Assembly (NCBI GenBank): GCA_030704615.1
Contig: CM060731.1
Coordinates: forward strand, 30,814,001 to 30,878,000
Source of the DNA: Takakia lepidozioides
Lineage: Eukaryota > Plantae > Bryophyta
DNA length: 64,000 nucleotides
Reading direction: 5' to 3'
Below are positions 38,665-51,200 of the stretch, piece after piece. The first letter of the stretch is position 1; every line of letters starts with the position of its first letter. Below the pieces are notes generated by a model that saw only the letters and a list, made by a program, of their open reading frames with translations, was not told where the DNA came from and did not search any database. The translations under genes and the position numbers were made by a program.

Positions 38665-40165
38665 GGCCCCCCTAGCTGGTGCTTAGGTCCCTCTAAGTCC
38701 AGGTAGCCACAAGATGTGATAGTGACCATAGCCTCACTAAGTCCTACACTGTCCCAAGAGGCCTACTAGAGTTGCCCCATCGTTAGTCGCCGTCTTGCAA
38801 CCTATGAACTTGAGCCTGGGATCTCGTGTATTGACTCCTATGAGTTTGGCCTCCCATGTCTTGTTAGTTGCCTCTAGTCATGTCCACTGTCACTATCCCA
38901 AGCAGTGTGGACATAACCAATCTCCATTAGGAACCCTCTCAAGAGGTGGTGTCAAGCATCCCATATGCCAACCTCTTGAGCATCGATCACACACTAATAT
39001 GGTGGTTGTCCCTTTGGCAGACCCACAGAGCATGCACCTCAAACCTGCAGGTACCACTGCCAAGTTTGGGTCAACTCTGCCATCGACATTGGGAAGGTGA
39101 TATGGCGCACAATTACGCACATGGTCTTTCCAAGTCATGCCATCCCGACCCTCCAGAATCAGGACTCCTGAGGGCAACACCTCTCGAACCCTCAAAATAA
39201 CATGCCCTACAGTAACATCCAGGGTCGTAGGAGCAGTCTGCTGCAAATAAACATAGTCACCAGGGCTAAACCTCCGAACCCCAGGACGATATCTTCCACC
39301 ACGTATAGTGGCATACCTCAATGTATCACGATATTGTGCAATGGCAAGGTTCTCAAAAGCCACGGGCATGACTTTCTTGAACAACTCTGCACGCTGACCA
39401 CATGCACGTACCCACACATCCGGATCGTCAAGGTTAAGAACTTGAGCAGTGTCCCTACGAATGGCTGCAGGCAAATCCGGCTCTCGGCCAAAGAGAAGGA
39501 AATACGGTGAGAAGGTTGCTTGCTGAACCTGTAGCCCATGGCTAACCAAGGTACCTAAAGATCCCAATCTCCTAGGTGTTCCTTCTGCAAGCCATGCTTG
39601 CGCAAACCCCTCTTCACCGTCTGAACAACTCTCTCTGCCAAGCCATCAGCCTTAGGATGATCCCGAGAAGAGGTGTGGTGGTCTATCAAGGCTTTATCAC
39701 ACAAAGCCTGAAACTCCCCCAAGAACTCTCTCCCTTGGTCCGTGAGTACCTCAGCTGGAGCACTCAATCGGCTAAGCACACGATCCAAGAATGCATACTC
39801 AGCCCCATCACTAGCCTTGTCAGGCAATGGAACCAACTCAATCCACTTGGACAAGTGCTCCACCATCACCAACACATATCTATGGTGGCGCATAGTCAGT
39901 GGCTACGGTCCTGCGAAGTCAAGACTCCACTTGTAGCCCAATCCCATGATTGGTAAAGGATGCAACTGTGGTGTAGGGGCGATGAATGAAGCACGCACCC
40001 TGTCACACACCATGCACCTAGCCACGAACTGTTGCACCTCTGTATGCATACCATGCCACCAATACTGTGAGTGTGTCGCACTCCAAAATGCCCCAACTCC
40101 TCATGGGCATGCCGCACTAACCGTGCACGTTGTGTGGGGTGAGGCACAATCCTCCCTCAGCCACT
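38665..40165 (-). mobile_element. Ty3/Gypsy integrase fragment with C-terminal PHD finger, ending at a PPT, no LTR
   Basis: HEELGHFG (Zn-binding), YVLVMVEHLSKW..VLTDQGREF..HPKADGLAER (DDE), then CMLCGS..LVCDRCSRGWHMGCLTPPLERVPNGDWLCPHC (C4HC3 PHD). AGGGGGGCCA PPT at ~38663-38672. Confidence 0.85.
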
Positions 40166-40850
40166 GTTGCAAACTCCCTTTGCATCCTCGATGCACCCAC
40201 ATTTCGCATATATGACCACGAGGGTATTGTTCAGCATGACGCCGGGTACAATTCCAGCTCTGATGATGTCACATGAACCTCTTTGCCCTTTTCTAGGGCT
40301 GCCAGGCTCGCACACGCATTGCATATACAAAGGAACGTGACCAGGTCTGGCTTTACCCCTTCCCGCATCATTTGCTCATAGGTCTCCAATGCCTCCATCC
40401 CACATCCATGCTGGGGAATATCCCGCGATCATCACACTCCAGGACACGACATTTCGTTCAGCCATATTCTCAAACACTCCCTTTGTATCCTCAATACTGC
40501 CACATTTGGCATACGAGGGTATTGTTCAGAATGACATCGAGTACCATTCCAAATTTGACAATGGCACCATGGACCTTTTACCCTTCTCCAGGGCTGCCAG
40601 GCTCGCATACACATTGCAAACACAAACGAACGTGACCCGGTCCGGCTTCACCCCTTCCCGCATTATTTGCTCATACGTCTCCGAAGCCTCTATACCACAC
40701 CCCCGCTGTGCATATCCTCGCTTTTCCTGCATCATTTGCTCAAGAATAAGCTCAAGAAAGCTGCATAAGTTGCTCTAGAATAGGTTGCAAAGCCTCAATC
40801 CCACGCCCTCCATTGCATATCCTGCGATCATCTTGTTCCATGACACAAGT
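40166..40850 (-). pseudogene. PLS-class PPR repeat fragment (upstream block)
   Basis: GYAQRGCGIEASETYEQIMREGVKPDRVTFVCVCNVYASLAALEKGK and further broken repeats. Confidence 0.85.
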
Positions 40851-41619
40851 TCTCACGGCTCAATACTAGGAAAACATATGGTAGCGAGGGAGGCAAAAGC
40901 CGGGAAAAAAGAGGCTAAGTCCCAGCCCTCTCTGTTCGCGGCTGAACGTGGGCAATCCTAAAGCAACTTTTTGAAATTTTTAACTTTTTGCACTTTGTGT
41001 CATTCCATTGACACAAGTGCTTCGAAGATAGATGGATGAGGTCATCCAATGGATGAACCCATTCATGTATATGTCTTAAGATGCCACGTGTAGTGATGTA
41101 GTCATATAAACAGAGTTGTGAAACCTCCTGTAGTCATGTAGTCATAAGCTTCTATGGCATGTCATCAATGTTGTAGTAGTGGTGTAGTCATTTAGTCATA
41201 AGCTTATATGGCATGTGTCTGACGTGTAGTATTGCGTATGACTACTAGTTATATAAACCAAGCCTATGTTCTTGGTCAACAATGGTTGACCGCGGCTCCT
41301 AGTCATGTAGTAAAACGTATGACTGCATTAGATTAAAATATATTAAAATGCGCCCAACAATGGGTTTCATCACTTCGTAGTCACATATATAATCATGGTT
41401 ACCAAGGTTTATATCACCCGTAGTCATAAAAACGTTAATCTGTAGTAGTGTGCCATGGATGGCGTCGACACTGTCTCCGCCAATGTGAATGACTGAGGAA
41501 GCCTGGCCTAACGGCTTGCTTCCCCACGCTGTGGATCCAACTCCACCTCTGCACCTCGTGGCTCAGGAACTCGTGCTGCTCCTCGGGTCACGGCTGCAGC
41601 AGACTGCCACGCCGCAGCG

Positions 41620-44600
41620 TCGGGAAAACGCCATTTTCGGGCACGCGGGAGGCGCAAAATTTGCGACGCCCGGCCGTCGCCCTGCGGTCGCAAGAGCGTC
41701 GCCAAAATGACGTCGCAAAAATGCAACGTATGGGGGTCGCGAGCCCCCGCCCCAACTCCCGCGATTGCCCGACGTCGGTTTTTTCAGGCCGTCCGCGCCG
41801 ATGGCAGGAGCCTCTTCCAGCGACGTCTCGCTGTCGCTGCCCTCCAGCCGACGGCGTTGGTGGGGGCGCTGGCGCGACGTCGCATCCCCTTTTTTTCTTC
41901 TAACCTGACCGGGAGTCAGCCGGGTGGTACGCCAAGCGACGCCCGTGCGTCGCTGCCAGTGACTACTGGGCGTGGCACAAAACAGCTGGAGTCGGTCTCC
42001 GCCACGCCCGAGCGTGGGTTGTTGCGACGCTCCGGCGTTGCGTTTTTTTTTTTAATAATTTTTTTTAAAAAAAATGGCGTAGGTAGGGTGGCGGTCTCCG
42101 TGACGCCAGGGCGTCGCGGGTTGCAACCCCCGGACTAAAAAACACATCGCAGGGGGTGTCGGGCGTTGTTGCCTGCAAATGGGGTTTGCGACGCCCGACC
42201 ATCGCTTCTTGCGACCCCCGCCCAAAAAACACGTCGCCCTTGACGACGTGCTGCAGTCGCGAGGGCAGCCTGGTGGGGGGGGGGGGTTTGGGGGTTCATT
42301 TTGGGGGTGAATTGGGGGTGGTTTTTTGTTTTTTTCCTGGTTTTGTATTTGGGGATGGGAGAACTTACAGTTCCATTTCTCTGAGTTAGCAGGTACACAA
42401 TTGAGCAAGCATGAATCGAGGGTGAGGACGGTGCGACACATGAATAAGATGGAAGATGGAAAGATGGAAATATATTTACAAGACATGAGCTGAAAAGCTC
42501 ACAAGGGTTCAGTAGACTGACCCTGGGACCTACATGGACTAGGACTAGTCATGCTCATCCTCATCCTAAGTGGAGGACTTAGAGGCTGATGAGCGTGATG
42601 ACTCCGCGCCCTTTGCCAGAGCACGTAAATGAGGCGGCGTTCCCCTAAGTCCCACAGAGCTCTTATCCAATCCCTGGGCATGACCCTCGACCTCATCCAT
42701 ACTAGTGCACTGTAGTGCACTCATCCCCTCTATGTTGGCCATGTTCTTCATGAGGGATTGCCAATCATGCTCCTTGGCGTAGTTGTACTCTACCGGAGAT
42801 AGCTTCCTCTCAAACGCGCGTTGCTGCACATGCCACAAATTAAAGTCAGTTCTTTGCAATGATAGAGCCAGAAAGAAGACATAACAAAATCCATAGGGAA
42901 GTACGACTTACAAATCGCAAGATAAAACCCTTGGATCTGCCGGCGCCCCACTTGTGTGTGGATTCGTGCTTGACTGTTGTTGCTTCGCGTGCCCAGTCAA
43001 ATTTGGCCTTGTTTGTGGCATCAGTCTCTCCCACAATGAGTGCATCCCACGATACCTATGCACCCCCCCCCCCCCCCCCCCTCCCAACAATTAGTGAATT
43101 ACGCACATACGTTGCATCGAATCCACCTCATTAATGCACATGCGACAAATGGAAGGTGACATGATTCAGGATTTGCCAACCTATGTAATTCCATAAGGTG
43201 GTTTGGGTATGGCCCCCTTTTCCATTGCCCTCCAAATTATCTGTCTGGCACGGTACCTCCTGTCCTTCAAGTTTCGCCCCACCATCTCCATCACCCTTGT
43301 GTCACTCCAATTGCCCGGAAGGCGGTCTAACTCATGGGCATACGCCCGCTTTGCGCCAAAGTGCTGATCAACCCACTCGATGTGCAAAGGGAACCACCTC
43401 AATGCGAGCTCAAAGGCTGGCTTCTTCATAGCCTCCCAGACCGCACCGCAAGGGTCACCATGGCGATTCACCTCCACCGGTGGCACCACGATCTTTGCCA
43501 ACTCCACGTCCTGTATCGCCAAGGCCATCCCACCCTCTCCCTTCTTTGTAGCCTCCTTCCCCTGCTCCTTTGTTATCCCACTGCCCTCCCCCGCATGCAC
43601 ACTCACCCCTTCCACTCCATGGGACTTCTTTTTCTTCTTCTTCTTTTCCTTCCCCTTCCCCGCTACTTCCTCTCTCTCCTTCTCCCTCTCCCTTCTCTCT
43701 CTCTCCTCGGCAGCCCCTTCATTGATGGTAAAAAGGCTCTCGGGAGATCGAGGCCTCTTCTTCTTACCTTTGGTGTTCGGGTCCTTCATGAACACCACGT
43801 GCTCTCCCTCATTGGCAACCCCACGGGACTGCACCAATGAGGCCAGCCATGTTGCTGCCTCCTGAAGACAAATAACCCCTCCAAATTCAAAAAAAGAAAC
43901 AAACAACAAAAAAAATCATGCATGCAAAGGAAAGGATAAATCATGGAACAAGGTGCGACAGTTGTACCTTTGCAAGCTTGTCCGACTCGCCCCTGGTGTC
44001 ACCCGATGTGGGAGGAGTCCCCGTTTCCGGATGTGCCCGCTTTATCCCCTCCCGGAGCGCCACTAGAAGTAGATTCCAGATGTGGATCAAAGCCGGCGGC
44101 GGCGCCCCGTAGTCCAGGCCCTTCTTTGCTGACCGCTCAGGCTCAGGGGGCGGTGTCGCTGATCGGCTAGGCTGCTCCGAACTGGCCCATACCTCTCATC
44201 TCCCCCCCCCCCCCAAATGCGTATCTGGGTAGAAGCCCTCACCCGGCTTGACTTCTTCGAGGCGCTTCGGTATCTTGGCCACTTCATTGGCCCTCCTCGT
44301 CTCCTCCTCCCTCATCGACAACAATGGGCTGGAAATGGAGGCTTTCAAAGGCCCTTGAACCTGATGTTGGGCCTTGGCAAGTGCAGCCTTTGCTGCGGAG
44401 GAAGGGGTCGCTATGGGGGTGACATCCAAAAGGTGCCCATACCGGGCCCCCGAACGGGTGATGTGCTTGCCAAGGTACATTTCACCCGTCTTGGTGGCCG
44501 GGGTGTGCTCAACTGAGCATCCGACTCAGCAACAACCTCCCGAATATGAGAGCTGGCTGAGCCGGCCCCTGGCGCATCCAAGATGTGGACAAGAGGGGGG

Positions 44601-45000
44601 GTACTGGCCTCGGGGGGCAGACGAGCCCTCTGGCTGCAGCTGTCGATGGGGCTGGTTAGCCGTGAGACGCCCTGGCGCGTCACACGTGCCGAAAGAGCAG
44701 ACGGATTGTCCGCCCCTTTCTTTGGGGCAGGGGACTTCTTCTCTTTCCCCATAAGCTGGCACCTGTCATGCAAACCCGCAAGTTGGCCTCATTAGGAACA
44801 TTCCAGATCAAAAACAAAAAAAACCAAGCATGTCGGGGGCTGAGAGCAGCAAATGCTCGGGGTCTCGAGAGGGGGCAACAAAGAGAAAAGAAAAAGGTGG
44901 GGGGGGGGGAGTGACTGAGCACCACCACCAGCTGCTGAGCACCACGGGCTCAGTCACTCCCCCCCCCATTATTTATTTATTTATTGGTTTCCCTCTCTCT
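41620..45000 (-). mobile_element. CACTA-related remnant: TGCGACG subterminal repeats (41620-42260) and an intron-containing TnpA/ORF2-like gene
   Basis: Same repeat motif as 21490-22050. Minus ORF 43181-43909 (NRHGDPCG...RNLKDRRYRAR..PKPPYGIT) and HKWGAG in the next exon resemble EnSpm TnpA-type proteins. Confidence 0.55.
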
Positions 45001-47463
45001 CCCTCTCTCTCCCTCTGGACACCGGGCTTATGGAATTGTTGTCCCGACTTCCATCCTTGAGGAAATTGAAAAAAATTGCAAAATTGGGTTGCAGGGAATT
45101 TTGGTTGTTTTTTATCCAAAATAATTTTTTAATTATATTTTTAGTGAAATATTTCTTCACTAAAAAACCTGTGAGTTGCAAAACTCCCGTCAGTTTCTAC
45201 TTTTTCAATCCAACCTGGATGAAAAAATGACTTCATCTGACAGGACCTAAATACAGGGCAAGACAGGTTTTTTTTTTAAATACCCCCATGTTTTTTATCT
45301 AACCTAGATGAAATACGGACTACATCCGTTGAGTGCAAGACAGGATGAAAGCACGATGTCTTTCATCTTCCACGAATGAGAAACGGACTACGTCCGTCGG
45401 GCGGATGTTTTTCATCCTGAGAAGGATGAATGACGGGCCAGACAGGGGAAAACCTTGCGCAACCCTAATGTCTTTCTTTTTGCGTTGCGAGAGCGCGCGC
45501 GATGGCGGCTTGTGAGGAGCGATGGTGCTCGTGCTGCAAATACCTTGAGCTGCCAATCGTTGAGTGTTTATGGCTCCTGTGAGCGATGCCTGGGCGAGCT
45601 CTTTAAGGCGATGGCGGTGGCTTAGTGATGAGGGAAGATTCCCTGTCTCAGTTGTCTGTTTTTTTGCTGCACAAGGGAACCGCGGCAGTGATGGCGGAGG
45701 CACCATCTGCATGCCTAGGACGTTTCCCTAGGAGCCCTCCTCTGGATCTTTGATGAATGCGGCACAAGGAAGTCTCTCTCCCTCCCTTTATAAGAAACCA
45801 AGCTCTTTTTTTCTTGTGCTTGGCAAGACCTTGCTTTGGTTAAGGTAGCAGTGCTGTGGTGCTGGCAAAGTCCTCCCTGCACGATTAGGCTTGTGGAGAG
45901 ATGGCGACTCTCCCCCAAACAGTAAAAAAGGTTTTTTTTCTATTGGTTTTGCTTCCTTGCTTGCTTTGGCATTCTCTGCACTTAGATTGAAGTGTATTTG
46001 ACTTTGATAGCAAGTGTGGAAGCCTGCTACTCACCTCGTGCATCCTTACTAACTCACAATGCGTTGTGGTTGTTTTTGGGACGGGCACACGTGAGGGCTT
46101 CCACTTAATATTCTGATGTCTAGATGCTGCTGGATGCCAAGTGGGATTGTAGAGCAGGGGAAGGAATCGCTTGCCAGGGACTCATCTTAAAATGTTGAAA
46201 AACTAAACTACTCTATGGTTTTTCTTGATCCTACATATTTCCTTCCTTTATTTTTGAAGAACAAGTGTAATGCTTTCTACAATGGGCTATTTTCGGCCCA
46301 GCCAGGGGAAGACCTCTGCTTTGTTGTGACAGCCGGGTTTATGATGGCTTGTGTGAGAGACACCATCTGTTTTCCAGGCACTAGTTTGCTTTGCTTACCT
46401 TATGGTAGTTAGAAACAATTTGAGAGGCTGCAATGAACTGTTTGTTGCAGCTATTCGGGTACCCATGTTGACCCCTGTTATACCCGGATGGCTTTGTTAG
46501 CTAGATGCTTAGGCCAGGGTATGGTGAAGATTCTGCTTGTGGATATTCGGCTGACAATGAAATATGGCAGCAATATATAACTGGTAACTGGTTTTTGAGG
46601 CACCCAGGGTGGTCAAGTGGAAATACCCCCTGGACATGGTGTAATGACATGGTCAAATGTGGAATGATGTGAAGGGTGTACTGACAGTATCATATATTGT
46701 CACAGGATGTGTATGCAGTGCTTTATTTTTACCTTGTTGTGTCATGAACTTTGATTTTCAACTCTAGCAAGAAATAAAGGTATAGGGGTAGTCTGGAAAA
46801 CTTACCAAACATATCCACCTCCCCTGTTGGGGCAAGCTGTGCTGCAGACCAGTCTAAACCAATACTAGCAGGGCAAGGTATTTAAAATCTGTGATGTCCA
46901 AGTGTTCTTTTTGTTCTCTCTGATTTCTTAAAAAAACCCTCCATGACACCCATGGGGTTTGAATAAGTATGCTTGGATTACAGCTTGCGGACAGTAAATC
47001 TGTATGACCATTTGACCTGCAACACATCAAGGCCAAAATATGGCCAAGTACCCGCCATCCCACCCAGACCTCTGAATGTATATCCTGATCATGACTTGTG
47101 GTCAATCAGCATCAGTGGCATACTCTTTGGGTTATGAATAATACTGACATGAACACATTACTGTGCATGGATGTAATTCTGGATTTTCTAAAGCTTCATG
47201 ATTGATGGATGGTGCCACTGTTAAGTGACTGATATGTCTGATTATTCTTCTTATTCATGACAACGACCCTAGGGGTCCTGTCTTTGTCTTGACGTGACAA
47301 AAAGTATCTTCCCTCTCTTCTATGCTGCTCTCTTTTAAGCTCCCGACACCCTAAATTCAAGGTCAGATGGTGGGTTCAGCTGCAACATATGTTCAACACC
47401 AGATATCCTAAGTTAATCGACTCTATATCTTGGAAACATGACCGCCCTGTCAAACAGGGTGAG

Positions 47464-48189
47464 TGTCGCGGCCCTTTGCCTTGAGGGCAGGGGGTCGGGA
47501 CACATGAGGGGCTGCCCCTGTGGTGGGGGCAGCGGCAACGATAGGTATGGGGGGCTGAGGCACCCTTGAGTGCCCAAGGCACTCAGGGAAGCGGAGGCGC
47601 TCACTAGGTGGAGCCCCGCACACCGGGTTGCGGTGGGGGTGGCTCCACAAGGGGTGGTGGTAGCTTAGTGGGACTTAGTGGGGGTGGCATAGGACTCACC
47701 ATGGGGGCGGAGACCTCGAGGTGGGAGTCGTGGGGAGTCTTGGGACTCATCACGGTCCATAGGGGCCGTGGTGAGCGGGCCAAGACTCACCGCGACTCAC
47801 CACCGGGAATCGAGGGTCTTCGTGGTGGTTCGCCATAAAATGGCATGGCTAGTTGTGAAACCCCCGCGGACAGCTACAGAAGTATATATAGGGAGTAGTA
47901 ACCCCGAGAACGGTGCAAGCCCGTTGGTGACCAAAAACTAGTGAGTAAGCGAGCGAGCCGGAAAGCGACCAAAGAGTGGGGAGCTGTTCCGGACTGCCAT
48001 CTACCAAAGGGAATTCTCCTAGTCCCAATTAGGTGGAGGGTTCTAGAGGGAAGCGAAAGGGGACCGTTATGTCCCGGTGAGCAGCCGAAGCTCCAAGTTG
48101 GCCCGGCGGCCAGGTTGGGAGTCAGGCGCGCGCATCAAAGCGAGTAACTATGACTTGAAGGGGAGTTTACCGAATTGAGGTGCGCGACA
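47464..48189 (+). repeat. 5' LTR (726 bp)
   Basis: Near-identical to 53703-54430 (about 4 substitutions and 2 indels by eye). Confidence 0.95.
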
Positions 48190-48244
48190 CTTGGTATCAG
48201 AGCTTAGAGTTCAGTACGCGATCGTCCTTGGGATTGGCCTCATC

Positions 48245-51200
48245 ATGGGGTCGGGCAAGCCGAAGCGAAAGCGGAACGGCCCAAAAGATGATGATCCCGG
48301 TGAGCCCGATGGGGGCGGCGTGTCACCGAGGCGGCTGTTTGAGGAAGCGATGCATGTTTCCGAAAACGAGGCCGCCCAAGAGCGGGAGGAATCCGAGGAG
48401 TCGGAGCCCAAGGAATCCTTGAGAGCTCCGACAAACCAAGAGATGCCTCCCATGCCGGCAGCCTTTTGGGAAGGGTTGTTGGCGCAGTTTGGCGGGACGT
48501 TGAAAGACGTGTTGAAGGCGGCTAATGCCACTTCCACTAAGGCAAAGTTTAAGGTGAAGCCTAAGGAACCCGGCACCTTCGAGGGCGTCCGAAATCGGAA
48601 GGCACTCAACACCTGGCTCTTGGAGCTGGAGCAGTACTTCCGGGCGGCCAAGTTGAGTGACGAGGATCGCGTGGAAGTGGCTCCCACCTATTTGAGGGGC
48701 TACGCTCAACAATGGTGGCAGAAACGCCTTCACGATCGAGGTCCAAGTCCGGAAACCTTGAACTGGAGTGGGTTCAAGGAATTGTTGAAGAGACAATTTG
48801 TGCCCCTCAACGCGTCCTGGCTTGCCCAGGACAAGATGAGGAATTTGAAGCAAACAGATGACATTCGGGGGTACATCCAGGCTTTCAATGTGCTGTTGCT
48901 CGAAGTCGCGGACATGGCAGAACCAGAAATGGTCTTCAACTTTGTGGCGGGACTGGCCCCATGGGCCAGGCGGAAGTTGGAGGAGAAGCCACCCAAGACT
49001 TTGAACGAGGCAATTGAGAGGGCTGAATGTTTCTCGGATGTCCCTAGGGGTGAAAGACAAGGCCGTACGGAGCTGAACCACAAGAAGATTCGGCGGGAAG
49101 CTGACTCCTTCCGACCGGAAAAGAAGTGGGATAGGCCACGCGGCGATAATGGCACGTGGAAATCGAAGGGAGGGCCTTCACACGTCAAGGCGGCACCCGG
49201 TGCTCCGAAAGGAAAAGCGGGTGGAGCGGCTTATGGCGGACAGAAGGCGACCTTTGTTGGAGTGTGTTTCAATTGCGGGGAGCCCGGGCACATGGCCAAG
49301 AAGTGCACGAAGCCCCGGCAATTGAACATGACTCGGGCGACCACGGAGCTGTCGGAAGATACCATCAGTCGCTTGGTGGAAGCGGTGGTCGCCAGGACTT
49401 GCAAGGTAGGCAAATTTTCTTGTGAGTTGTATCAGGAAACTGGCGCCTTACGAAAAGGGAGTCAGTTATTGTTCGTGGATGGGATAATATCCGGAACTAA
49501 TGTGTCGTTGTTGGTGGACACAGGAGCGTCGCACTCCTTCATGACACCGGCAACGGCACAAAAGCTGGGACTCCCAACAAGTGACGTGGGGGCCTCTATT
49601 GAGGTGCGTTCTGCCAAAGGAGAACCACAGTTGGCGACAAGGTTGGCGATAGATGTTCCTCTTTAACTGGGGAGTTGGGAGGGACGTGAGAACTTCACCA
49701 TCTGCGAGATCGATGGAGTAGATCTCATTTTAGGGATGACCTTTTTGAGCAAATCCGGAGCGGTCATAGATGGCCGCAAGAGAGTAGTCACGCTGCCATG
49801 TGGGAATGGTGGCGAGGTCTTACGAGTGTCGGAAACGCCCAAATCCGTGGGAGGGCGAATAAACCTTCTGTCAGCAAGGGAGTGGGCCGTGGAGGAGGCA
49901 CACGAACCCCAGTTCTTGCTTTACATTAGAGAAGTGAAGGGAGAAGGCGATGGGGAGCCGAGCCCAGATTGGATCAAGGGGATTTTGGAGAAATACCAGG
50001 ATGTGATGTCGGAGGATTTACCAAGCGGCTTGCCACCGCGAAGAGGAGTTGACCACAAGATTGAGGTGATACCGGGATCGGAACTGCCTGCCAAGGCGCC
50101 CTACCGGTTGAGCCACAGAGAGTTGGTCGAGCTGAAGACTCAGCTCAAGGATCTAATGTCAAAGCGGTACATCCGGCCGAGTAAGTCACCTTACGGAGCC
50201 CCGGTGCTATTTGCAGACAAGAAGGATGGGACGCTGCGGATGTGTGTCGATTACAGGGCTCTGAATAAGGTGACTATCAAAAACCGGTACCCTTTGCCAA
50301 GGATCGACGACCTCTTCGATCGGTTGGCAGGAGCGAAGTATTTCAGCCGGATCGACTTGCGCTCCGGCTATCACCAAATTCGGGTGGCGGAAGGAGATGA
50401 GGAGAAGACCGCGTGCAGGACAAGGTATGGTTCATACGAGTTCTTGGTGATGCCTTTTGGGCTCACCAATGCACCAGCGACATTTAGCACGCTGATGAAC
50501 AGCCTTTTCCAGGAGTGGTTGGATGACTTTGTGATCGTGTACATCGACGACATTACTCGAAAACAAAGGAGGAGCACCTGGAGCACCTCAAAAGGGTGTT
50601 CCAGAAATTGCGAGAAGGGAAGCTGTATGCCAAAGCTTCAAAGTGCGAATTCGGGGTCACAAAAGTGGAGTTCTTGGGGCATGTGATTACACAGGATGGG
50701 ATCAAAATGGATGACAGAAAGGTGAGGGCGATCTTGGACTGGGAGCCTCCGACTTCGGTCCCGGGAGTGCGATCCTTCCTAGGACTCGCCTCCTATTACC
50801 GGAAGTATGTGAGAAATTTCGCCAAGATCGCGGGGCCACTGTCGGACCTTCTGTGTAAATCCAAAGTCTGGGTATGGAACACATTTTGTGGCCAAGCTTT
50901 TGCTGAATTGAAGCAGCGGATGACGGAAGCTCCAGTCTTGAAAATCCCGGAGTTCGATCGTCCGTTTGAGATTCATACAGATGCATCGGACTTCGCGATT
51001 GGGGGTGTACTTATGCAAGATGGACGTCCAGTGGCTTACGAAAGTAAGAAACTGAATGAAGTGGAGCGACGGTGGCCGACGCACGAAAAAGAGATGAAGG
51101 CGGTGGTGCATTGCCTTGAGCTCTGGCGCCACTATGTTGGTTCCAACCCAGTGAAGGTGTTCACGGACAATGTCACGGTGAAGTATTTTGCCACGCAGCC

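Larger units (their letters stand above)
37242..41450. mobile_element. Non-autonomous CACTA element with captured cargo (PPR fragments, Gypsy integrase piece)
   Basis: 29-bp TIRs: CACTAGTACAGATTATCGTTTTTATGACT vs reverse complement of 41422-41450 (2 mismatches). ATGACTAC subterminal repeats at both ends. No clean 3-bp TSD (CCA/TGC). Confidence 0.8.
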
